DNA from: a virus
Taxonomy: Duplodnaviria > Caudoviricetes
Strand: one strand, 5' to 3'
DNA: 42,224 nt
IMG/VR virus record: IMGVR_UViG_3300037424_002673
Location: 1 to 42,224 of that record
Shown: piece by piece, positions 18,281 through 25,877 of the stretch
Numbering within the stretch: the first letter of the stretch is position 1
Layout: each line of letters begins with the position of its first letter
Made by a program: the position numbers and the translations under genes
The notes under the pieces: model-generated
Told to the model about the DNA's origin: nothing
Database searches by the model: none
The model's input: only the letters and a program-made list of their open reading frames with translations

Positions 18281-19516
18281 TTACGGCTGCCAAGGCTTGC
18301 TCGGAGACTTGGGCAAGGCAATGCTGGGGGTAGGGGCATCCACCGCTTTGCGCGGCACGATGACGATCGGAGCAGCGGTGGCCGCGCCGCGACTGGCATA
18401 CTTGGTCATGGCTTCGCGTCCCGTTTGCTTGCCGTAGGATTCGGCGAGGTAGGTGCCGACCTTTTCGAAGCCCTCGTCGGTGATAAGGTGTTCGTACTCG
18501 GCCTCTACCACGTCGAGCCACTTGAAGAAGATGTCGGCCTTGCGGGGCGATTCTTCCCATTTGTCTGCGAAGTTCTCCAGTGGGTTGACGGGGTTCGGCA
18601 CCCACCACACGCCGTCACGGTTTTCGATGTGCTGGCGCATGCCGGGCACGATCTTGAGGATGGCGTCGTACAGGTTGGCCTCATTGTCGTAGGCCTTGGC
18701 GGCCAGCGTGGTGATGATGATCGAGATGGGCCGATCTTCGTCGCCGTTGTATCGCACATCGCGGTGGCGCTTGAGAATCTGGATTACGCGTTGCAACGGT
18801 GTGCGCACCTCGTAGTCCTCGATGTCTTCGACCGAGGCGACGACGTTTCCCGAGGCTCGTTTCTCCATGAGCAATACAGATTTTGCCTCGTCGAGTCGAA
18901 CACGCATGCGGTCCTTGAACCAGGCCGCATATCCCTTGGGATTGCTGCGGGTAGGGTCATGCGAGCCGTTGCCCTCGGCAGGCCAGCCGGTGAGGTAGTC
19001 AGGGGTTTTCTTGTCGGTGATGCGAATCGCGTGGGCGGCAATGTCGTCATCGACGCCGACGGCCTGGAGCCACTCGGGCCGATCGGGTAAAGCGGGAAGA
19101 ACATCGAGGTGGAACTGGGAATCGTCGGCGTACTGGATCGTCCAGCAGCGGCGACCGCCGTCACTGGGATCAATCTTGTCCTTGTAGCGGCTGCTCGGGT
19201 GCTTCAGCCGACGGCCGACCATTTCCTTCAATTCGCACTGGGTCACCTGGCTATCGGTTAGATCGAGCAGGCAAACAGCGTCAACGTCATACTCGTCGTC
19301 GCCAAGTGGGCGGACGGCGGTCCCGAGCGCGAACGAGCCCTGTGCATAGATTTCGGGCGAGAACGCGGCGAGCTCAGACTCGTCATCGTTGAGCCAATCG
19401 CCCACCGCCTTGTAATGGTCTTTCGCCTCAGCGTATTTGGACGGCGGCACGTCGAGCGTGTCGGCCAGATCACGGAGAAGATGGTTCAGTTGCTTACGGT
19501 TTTCGATTTCGCTCAC
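18281..19516 (-). CDS. cGAS/DncV-like nucleotidyltransferase (CD-NTase)
   Basis: QGSFALGT, EYDVD, FHLDVLPA, SNPKGYAAWF, PLQRVIQILKRHRD, PISIIITTL, NPVNPLENFADKW. GTG start at 19516 with AAGGAG RBS. Confidence 0.93.
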   Translation of the reverse strand: MSEIENRKQLNHLLRDLADTLDVPPSKYAEAKDHYKAVGDWLNDDESELAAFSPEIYAQGSFALGTAVRPLGDDEYDVDAVCLLDLTDSQVTQCELKEMVGRRLKHPSSRYKDKIDPSDGGRRCWTIQYADDSQFHLDVLPALPDRPEWLQAVGVDDDIAAHAIRITDKKTPDYLTGWPAEGNGSHDPTRSNPKGYAAWFKDRMRVRLDEAKSVLLMEKRASGNVVASVEDIEDYEVRTPLQRVIQILKRHRDVRYNGDEDRPISIIITTLAAKAYDNEANLYDAILKIVPGMRQHIENRDGVWWVPNPVNPLENFADKWEESPRKADIFFKWLDVVEAEYEHLITDEGFEKVGTYLAESYGKQTGREAMTKYASRGAATAAPIVIVPRKAVDAPTPSIALPKSPSKPWQP

Positions 19517-19605
19517 GGCTGGTCTCCTTGAGGCAGGTTGATGTCGAGGGCGTGAACGAAGCCCCCCGAAGGTGGAACGGCGATGGTCATGGGATGTCGC
19601 ATCAT
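19513..19605 (-). CDS. 30-aa mini-ORF MMRHPMTIAVPPSGGFVHALDINLPQGDQP
   Basis: Fills the patatin/CD-NTase gap exactly, with an ATGA overlap at its start and a GTGA overlap at its end. Confidence 0.4.
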   Translation of the reverse strand: MMRHPMTIAVPPSGGFVHALDINLPQGDQP

Positions 19606-20579
19606 GCGGCCCCCCCGTCGATATTGAGGAATTGCTTGAGTTTCGGCGAATGATGGGTGAAGCAATGGTCGGCTTTGGCGATCCAGTCATCGCCGTGCCG
19701 CACGGAGTCCATGGGCAGGTGAGAATCGGATTCGAACGTCAGGCGAAACACCCGTTCGGGATTGATCGGGCTTTCGCCCAGCAGCAGGCAAAGCATGTTG
19801 TGGGCGTTATCTGCCTGCAGGTTCAGAATCAGGTCCAGCAGTTTACTGCGCTGCCAGCGCGTGGCGAAGCCCCATCCCTGCCAACTGCGGATCAGCCAAT
19901 CCTTCCATCGACCCTCGGTCTTGGGATAGAAGACCTTGCTCTTGCCGGTGCCGATGGAAAGCACGCGGACGTCGGCCAGCGGCACTTTGAGTCGATATTG
20001 AGCATCGATGACGGCGACGAGCGACGGGTTGTTGGCCCAGAGACCACCATCGACCAGCTGATACTTGCCATCGACGAAATGCGGGTCGAAGTACGTCGGG
20101 GCCGAGCAAGAGGCCAAGACTGCATCGGACAGCTTGACGCCGGGGTCGCGGACGAAGCCATCGGCGTACTTCGACTTGAAGACGTGGACGCAGCCGTTGC
20201 CGATGTCGACAGCGGGCAGGATGAGCGGAACCGGAACGTCACCGAGGGTGGTGGAGCCGAGCGTATCCTCCAGCAAGCCACGCAATGTTTTGTTCGAGTA
20301 CCGGCTGGTGAAAATCTTCAGCAGGTCCAGGCGCGATCGAAGTCGCATCGTGAAAATGCTTCGGCCGTGTTGCACATAAAAGTCGGCCAGTTGCCCCGCG
20401 CTCATCCCATTAGCCAGGCCGCCCGCGATGATCGAACCGGTGCTGGTGCCGGCGAACATGCCGAAGCGATCGTGCCAGTTGGTACCCCAAGCGTCCTCCA
20501 TGCGCCGGAGCACGTGGGCCGAGAACAACCCACGGTATCCGCCGCCATCAATGCTCAGGATGTAGAACGGATCGCTCAC
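19602..20579 (-). CDS. capV: CBASS patatin-like phospholipase effector (CapV-like)
   Basis: LSIDGGGYRG, GTSTG nucleophile elbow, SAPTYF, DGGLWANNP. Adjacent to the CD-NTase. Confidence 0.9.
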   Translation of the reverse strand: MSDPFYILSIDGGGYRGLFSAHVLRRMEDAWGTNWHDRFGMFAGTSTGSIIAGGLANGMSAGQLADFYVQHGRSIFTMRLRSRLDLLKIFTSRYSNKTLRGLLEDTLGSTTLGDVPVPLILPAVDIGNGCVHVFKSKYADGFVRDPGVKLSDAVLASCSAPTYFDPHFVDGKYQLVDGGLWANNPSLVAVIDAQYRLKVPLADVRVLSIGTGKSKVFYPKTEGRWKDWLIRSWQGWGFATRWQRSKLLDLILNLQADNAHNMLCLLLGESPINPERVFRLTFESDSHLPMDSVRHGDDWIAKADHCFTHHSPKLKQFLNIDGGAA

Positions 20580-22138
20580 AGGCCCAACTCCTTGAGGTAT
20601 CCGTTCAGTTCCTTGTCCACGGCGGCGAGTTCGCTTTCCAGCGTGGCGATTTCCTTCTGCACGGCGGGGATATCAACCTCTGGCTCCGGCTCGAAGGTGT
20701 CCACGTAGCGCGGGATGTTCAGGTTGAAATCGTTCTCCTTGATTTCATCCAGCGTGGCGGTATAGGCGTACTTGTCCACGTGCTTGAAGGTCTCGTAGGT
20801 GGTGACGATCTTGGCGATATCCTGCGGGCGGAGGCGGTTCTGGTTCTTGCCGTCCTCGTACTCCCGGCTGGCGTCGATGAAGAGGATGTGCTTGTCGCGG
20901 TGCGAGCGGGCCTTGTCCCACGGCTTGCGGCCCTTGTTGAAGACGACGATGGCGGCTGGGATGCCGGTGCCGAAGAAGAGGTTGGCGGGCAGGCCGATGA
21001 CGGCTTCCAGAATGTTGTCCTCGATGAGCTTCTGGCGAATCTTGCCCTCGGCTCCGCCCCGGAACAGGACGCCGTGGGGCACGATGACGCCGACGCGTCC
21101 CTCGTCCTCGAGCGCCGTTTCGATCATGTGGCTAATGAAGGCGTAGTCGCCCTTGCTTTTGGGCGGGATGCCGCGCCAGAAGCGGTTGTACGGGTCGTTC
21201 TCAGCGTAGTCGTGGCCCCACTTGTCGAGGCTGAAGGGCGGATTGGCGACGACGACGTTGAACCTGAGCAGGCGGTCGCCCTCGACCAGGTGCGGGCTGG
21301 TGATGGTGTTGCACCACTCGACGCGGGCGTTGTCCATCTCGTGGAGGAACATGTTCATGCGGCACAGCGCCCAAGTGGAGCCGTTGGATTCCTGGCCGAA
21401 GAGGGCGAAGTTGGCTGAGCCGATTTCCTTGGCGACGCGGATGAGCAGTGAACCGGAGCCGCAGGTGGGGTCGCAGATGGTGTTGCCGGGCTTGGCGTTG
21501 AGCAGCTTGGCCAGGAGCGTGGCGACCTCGCCGGGCGTGTAGAACTCGCCGCCTTTCTTGCCGGCGTCGGCGGCGAAACGGCTGATGAGGTATTCGTAAG
21601 CGTTGCCGATGACGTCCTGCTTGCCGATGCGGCTGGGACGCAGGTTGAGCTGCGGCTTGGCGAAGTCTTCCAGCAGATGATTCAGGCGGCGGTTGCGATC
21701 CTTGGCCTGGCCGAGGTTCGGCTCGGAGTTGAAGTCGATGTTGCGGAAGACGTTCTCGAGTTTGGCTTTGTTGGCGTCCTCGATGGCCTCGAGGGCGATG
21801 TTGATCAACTCACCAATGTTGGAGCGGGTACGGCGTTCGTAGAGGCTGTCAAAGCTGGCGAGGAAGGCTTCTTCAACCTTGCCGTTCTTGTCACGCAGCT
21901 CGACGGTGGGCATGACGAAGCGCTCGCGATCAAGGGCACGCTTGACCCGCTGCTCATCGCCCTTGTACTGCTTGAGGTATTGGTCGCACTTGTCGTTCCA
22001 GAGGTCCGACATGTACTTGATGAACAACATCACGAGGATGTAATCCTTGTACTGCGTCGGATCGAGCGTGCCGCGGAACGTATCGCAGGCCTGCCACAAG
22101 ATGTCGTTGATTTCTTTCTGGGTGACGGTCTGGTTCAT
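20576..22138 (-). CDS. hsdM: Type I R-M N6-adenine methyltransferase M subunit
   Basis: LWQACDTFRG, GEFYTP, DPTCGSG, NPPF, PHGVLFRG, FNLNIPRYV. Confidence 0.97.
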   Translation of the reverse strand: MNQTVTQKEINDILWQACDTFRGTLDPTQYKDYILVMLFIKYMSDLWNDKCDQYLKQYKGDEQRVKRALDRERFVMPTVELRDKNGKVEEAFLASFDSLYERRTRSNIGELINIALEAIEDANKAKLENVFRNIDFNSEPNLGQAKDRNRRLNHLLEDFAKPQLNLRPSRIGKQDVIGNAYEYLISRFAADAGKKGGEFYTPGEVATLLAKLLNAKPGNTICDPTCGSGSLLIRVAKEIGSANFALFGQESNGSTWALCRMNMFLHEMDNARVEWCNTITSPHLVEGDRLLRFNVVVANPPFSLDKWGHDYAENDPYNRFWRGIPPKSKGDYAFISHMIETALEDEGRVGVIVPHGVLFRGGAEGKIRQKLIEDNILEAVIGLPANLFFGTGIPAAIVVFNKGRKPWDKARSHRDKHILFIDASREYEDGKNQNRLRPQDIAKIVTTYETFKHVDKYAYTATLDEIKENDFNLNIPRYVDTFEPEPEVDIPAVQKEIATLESELAAVDKELNGYLKELGL

Positions 22139-22743
22139 GGGATCATTCCTTCCTGCCGAACGGCCTGTCGGCAGACAGCATGAATTAGCTGTTCGCGCTT
22201 CTGATCAAGACGAACTTGAAGTGAGCGATGTCGTCGCAAGAGGTTCATGGCTTCGGCGATTCGACGCTGCACATCTAGCGGCGGCACCACGACAGGGAGG
22301 TGCTCCATCAATGGGCGGGCGATGTAGCCGATTCCAGTGCCGCTTGAGGCGGATTCAAGGGCGGCCTGCGTATCCGGCTGATTCAGCCACCACGCAAGAT
22401 AGCCTGGCACCATGCCTTCACGCGGCCTGATGATGTAGAACACGCTGGACGCGAGTACGCCTTCAAGTTCCGCATCAACTAGGTGTGCGTGGTGGTCTTG
22501 GCCCCGCGCGGTCAGAAGGATGTCGCCGCGTGACACCCGGTAGAGGTCGGCGTTACGCTCAGGTATGAACCGAACAGCGGCATCGAGCCGCAGGCCGCTC
22601 TTGGGCGAGATGTCCCTTGCCTGCAGAAGCAAGTGAGTGCCTGCTGGCAAGGACCGCACCCGCGCGCGGTTAAGATAGCCTGGCTGCACGCGAGCCACGC
22701 GTTGAAGCTCAACAAACTGATGTGGTATATCAGTAGCCAACAT
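22135..22743 (-). CDS. Half-size HsdS-like protein (single TRD)
   Basis: GDILLTARG, PGYLAWWLN, LPVVVPPLDVQRRIAE. ATGA overlap with hsdM. Confidence 0.75.
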   Translation of the reverse strand: MLATDIPHQFVELQRVARVQPGYLNRARVRSLPAGTHLLLQARDISPKSGLRLDAAVRFIPERNADLYRVSRGDILLTARGQDHHAHLVDAELEGVLASSVFYIIRPREGMVPGYLAWWLNQPDTQAALESASSGTGIGYIARPLMEHLPVVVPPLDVQRRIAEAMNLLRRHRSLQVRLDQKREQLIHAVCRQAVRQEGMIP

Positions 22744-22801
22744 ACTGATAGGATATCAGATCGGCACGGCGGTGTCAATCGGTCAGTAGCGAATTTACTG
22801 A
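22728..22801. promoter_or_regulatory. Two palindromic operator-like sites TCAGTA-N7-TACTGA
   Basis: TATCAGTA-gccaaca-TACTGATA (22728-22750) and TCAGTA-gcgaatt-TACTGA (22783-22801), one on each side of the promoter. Confidence 0.65.
22744..22778 (-). promoter_or_regulatory. Sigma70-type promoter of the R-M/CBASS operon
   Basis: TTGACA (22778-22773), N17, TATCCT (22755-22750) with a TGn extension. The ATG lies 6 nt downstream of the -10 box. Confidence 0.7.
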
Positions 22802-22842
22802 TTGTCTATTTTCGGTGTGGCGAAGAGGCGGGATAAATGCCG

Positions 22843-23265
22843 TCAAGTAGTTTCAATAAAACGATTTGCATCTGCTACGGTCCGGATTGCCAACCAAGTA
22901 CGTCTCTGCCTCCGCCAGTCCCGCATCCGCGCGACTGGCCGTAGATCGCGCTCAGTGATCGGATCGTTTCCGGCCTCGACCGGCGGCAGGTGCAGAAGTT
23001 CCTCCTGGATGTCCGGGGCGAGATGGTTGAGGTTCATGATCTGCGTGATACGCGGCTGGGTCACGTGCGCCAGTTGCGCCAGCGCCGTCTGGTCGCCCAC
23101 ACGACCCTCGCGCACGAGCTTGTCGAATCGGATCGCCAAGGCCATGAGCTTAGACACGCGCGGGATGCGACCCGCTGGAGCTGGTGACTCGGGCGGCGGG
23201 CCGGGCCTGATTACCTTGCGGTGTGTTTTGCGAGCGAAGTGAATTTGCCGCGTTACGGTTGTCAT
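22843..23265 (-). CDS. Recombinase-associated small HTH-like protein
   Basis: RIPRVSKLMALAIRF...LAQLAHVTQPRITQIMNLNHLAPDIQE. ATGA overlap with the recombinase. Confidence 0.75.
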   Translation of the reverse strand: MTTVTRQIHFARKTHRKVIRPGPPPESPAPAGRIPRVSKLMALAIRFDKLVREGRVGDQTALAQLAHVTQPRITQIMNLNHLAPDIQEELLHLPPVEAGNDPITERDLRPVARMRDWRRQRRTWLAIRTVADANRFIETT

Positions 23266-24833
23266 GCCGCTTCCTCCAGTCTCCGGTCGATCAGCGACCG
23301 GATGCTTGTCGAGCGGAAGGTGACCGAGACGGTGCCGGCATCGCCGTCGTAATCGACCGAGGCGATCAGGAGCTTCAGCAGCCGTGCCTGCTCGCGGGGG
23401 ATCAGGCCCTTCCACAACGTATCGAAGTCGGCGAAGGCCGCCCGAGCGCCCGCCTGCGTTACGGTCTGGCCTTCTAGCTCCGCAACGCGAGCTACGAGTT
23501 GGGGTAGGTGTCGGTCCGCCTCGGCCAGGCGGGCGTGCAGGTCGGCGATCCGTGTGGTCACCTCCGCGTTCGTTTGCCCGCTCGTCGCGAGTTGGCGTAG
23601 CTCGCGGCTGTTGCGATCCCGTTCGCGCCTGAGGTCGTCGAGGTTGCGCTGTGCGGCCCCCAGTTCGCCCTGGATCGCCGCGTGGGCGTCCGTGAGCACC
23701 TGGGCGAGCAACGCCTCGTCGTGGGCCAGTCGGCGAACCTCGTCGACGATAAGGGCCTCAATCTCCTGGGCGGGCAGTGAATCGGCCGAGCACGCGCCCC
23801 GGCCGTTCTTGATCTCGTGCGTGCAGCGATAATACCGGTAGACGTGTCGGCCCTTGCCACGATGGAAGGTGTGCGTCATAGCCGTGTCGCAGCCCTTGCA
23901 TCGCAGCAGACCGCGCAGCAGTGCGCCGTACTTGTTGCGGACCTCAACGCCGCCGGTTCGTCCGTTCTCCTTGAGCTGGTGCTGAACCTTGTCAAACAGC
24001 TCCTGGTCGATGATCGGCTCGTGCTCGCCGGGGTAAAGCTCGCCCTTATAGGGCATCTGCCCGGTGTAGATCGGATTGGTCAGCAGGACGTAGAGCGTCG
24101 CCTTATCGAACGGACGCCCGCCGAGTTGCTTTCCCTTCTTTGTGGTGCGCCGCTTGTTCGCCCAGTTGCGGCGGGCCAGTTCCTTGACCACCGGCAGCAG
24201 CGCCGCCTCGTGCAGATACATGCCGAAGATTTCGCGGACCTGTGCCGCTTCCTTGGCGTTGATGACCAGGTGTGGACTCGGCCCCGACCGATCCACGTCG
24301 TAACCCAGCACGGGAGCGCCGCCGGTCCACTTGCCCCTGCGGGCCTGGGCAGCCAGCTTGTCGCGGATGCGTTCGCCGATGATCTCGCGCTCGAACTGGG
24401 CAAAACTGAGCAGGATGTTGAGCGTCAACCTGCCCATCGAATGGGTGGTGTTGAACTGCTGCGTGACCGAGACGAACGAGACGCCTTGGCGTTCGAACGT
24501 CTCCATGATGCGCGCGAAGTCCATCAGCGATCGGCTCAAGCGGTCGACCTTGTAAACGACCACGCAGTCAACCTTGCCGGCGTTGATGTCGTGGAGCAAT
24601 CGCTCGAGCGCCGGCCGCTCTATGCTGCCGCCCGAGTAGCCGCCGTCGTCGTAGCGATCTAGGAGTGCCGTCCAACCCTCGGCCTTCTGGCTGGCGATGA
24701 ATGCTTCGGCCGCCTCGCGCTGGGCATCGAGCGAGTTGAACTCCTGGTCGAGGCCTTCCTCGCTCGATTTGCGGGTGTAGATGGCGCAGCGCACCGTTGA
24801 CTTGGCGGGCGTCTTCTTCTTGGCTCGACTCAT
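23262..24833 (-). CDS. Large serine recombinase (resolvase + recombinase + Zn ribbon + coiled coil)
   Basis: CAIYTRKSS (catalytic Ser), YKVDRLSRS, LTNPIYTG, HEPIID, CKGC...YRC...C. Confidence 0.93.
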   Translation of the reverse strand: MSRAKKKTPAKSTVRCAIYTRKSSEEGLDQEFNSLDAQREAAEAFIASQKAEGWTALLDRYDDGGYSGGSIERPALERLLHDINAGKVDCVVVYKVDRLSRSLMDFARIMETFERQGVSFVSVTQQFNTTHSMGRLTLNILLSFAQFEREIIGERIRDKLAAQARRGKWTGGAPVLGYDVDRSGPSPHLVINAKEAAQVREIFGMYLHEAALLPVVKELARRNWANKRRTTKKGKQLGGRPFDKATLYVLLTNPIYTGQMPYKGELYPGEHEPIIDQELFDKVQHQLKENGRTGGVEVRNKYGALLRGLLRCKGCDTAMTHTFHRGKGRHVYRYYRCTHEIKNGRGACSADSLPAQEIEALIVDEVRRLAHDEALLAQVLTDAHAAIQGELGAAQRNLDDLRRERDRNSRELRQLATSGQTNAEVTTRIADLHARLAEADRHLPQLVARVAELEGQTVTQAGARAAFADFDTLWKGLIPREQARLLKLLIASVDYDGDAGTVSVTFRSTSIRSLIDRRLEEAA

Positions 24834-25339
24834 CGCTGCGCTCCCAATCGGAAGAACCGGAACCCGTTCATGTGGCTACCGGTGACCTTCTTCGCCAGCG
24901 CCGTCAGCGTCCGGAAGCGTTCGCCGTCGCACTCAAAACCGTGGCCGTCTTTGAGGACGACCGCCCGGATGGTCCGGCCCTTGTACTCGCGAACCAGCGC
25001 CGTGCCCGGTGGCGGGATACGCGGGTCGGTCGGTTTGGCGGGGCCGCGTGAGGTGGCTCTCGTCACCGTCGCCGTCTCACCGGTCTGCGGCGGGCAGATC
25101 ATGGCCCTCGGTGCCATCACCCGCACATCCGCATCATCGGCCAGTTCGGCCGCACGCGTGCGTGCGCGTTCGGACAGGTCGCCCTCGGCGTTGGCCTGGA
25201 TACGCCAGGCGTTCTTGCGGATCAGATACGCCCGATGGCGGGTGCGGCAGGGCTGGCCGTGCAGTTCCCGGTAGAGGTCGGCCAGTTCGCCAGTGGTCAT
25301 TTCGTCCAGGGCGGCAAGTTGCGTTGCGATGTCCTGCAT
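24830..25339 (-). CDS. DUF2924-domain protein
   Basis: AWRIQANAEGDLS, PGTALVREYKG, LTALAKKVTGSHMNGFRFF. Typical position upstream of this recombinase class. Confidence 0.85.
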   Translation of the reverse strand: MQDIATQLAALDEMTTGELADLYRELHGQPCRTRHRAYLIRKNAWRIQANAEGDLSERARTRAAELADDADVRVMAPRAMICPPQTGETATVTRATSRGPAKPTDPRIPPPGTALVREYKGRTIRAVVLKDGHGFECDGERFRTLTALAKKVTGSHMNGFRFFRLGAQR

Positions 25340-25381
25340 GAATGTGGCTCCTTTGTCATGCGTTGTGCGAGACTCGACCCG

Positions 25382-25591
25382 TTAACCCGTGGGTCGTTGA
25401 GCCACACTGAGCCTCGTTTTCGAAGGAAGATCAAGGCCGTATTGCGGCTCCGACGAAGATGTTTCGTCGGCGTCATCATGGGACGACTTGGTCGCCCGGA
25501 CGCAGCGCAGCAGACCAGCCGCCAGGATGTTGGCGACCTCGTCGCGGCGCTCGCGTTCGGTCATGGTTTGCGGATCGCGGGTCGAGATCAT
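25382..25591 (-). CDS. Small hypothetical protein upstream of DUF2924
   Basis: MTERERRDEVANILAAGLLR with GGAG RBS. Confidence 0.55.
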   Translation of the reverse strand: MISTRDPQTMTERERRDEVANILAAGLLRCVRATKSSHDDADETSSSEPQYGLDLPSKTRLSVAQRPTG

Positions 25592-25677
25592 GTGGTCTCC
25601 AATGCTGGGTACCCCCGGAAAACAAGCAGGCCCCTCATTAGTTACCTATGCGATCTGGCGCGGCCGGTCCCGATTTT

Positions 25678-25719
25678 CCATAACCGCAAGGGCATGATTT
25701 TGAGGTGTACGCCTTCCAC
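25678..25719 (+). repeat. 42-bp imperfect direct repeat, copy 1
   Basis: ccataaccgcaagggcatgattttgaggtgtacgccttccac, 36/42 identical to 29276-29317. Confidence 0.85.
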
Positions 25720-25877
25720 CATTCCTAGACGAGAGGTCTGCAACCCCAGCTTTCAGCTCTGGCAACAAGAGACTCCGGCCAGACCTGCCGCAGCCCGGGA
25801 TGGCGTAGACCAATGCGTGTCACCAGCACGCAACTCCGAACGGGACATTTTTCCGATGTTGCATTAAGCTGATCGAT

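Noticed and set aside
18267-18608. 113-aa minus-strand ORF overlapping the CD-NTase 3' end
   Set aside because: Alternative frame inside a confident gene, with low-complexity Arg-rich composition.
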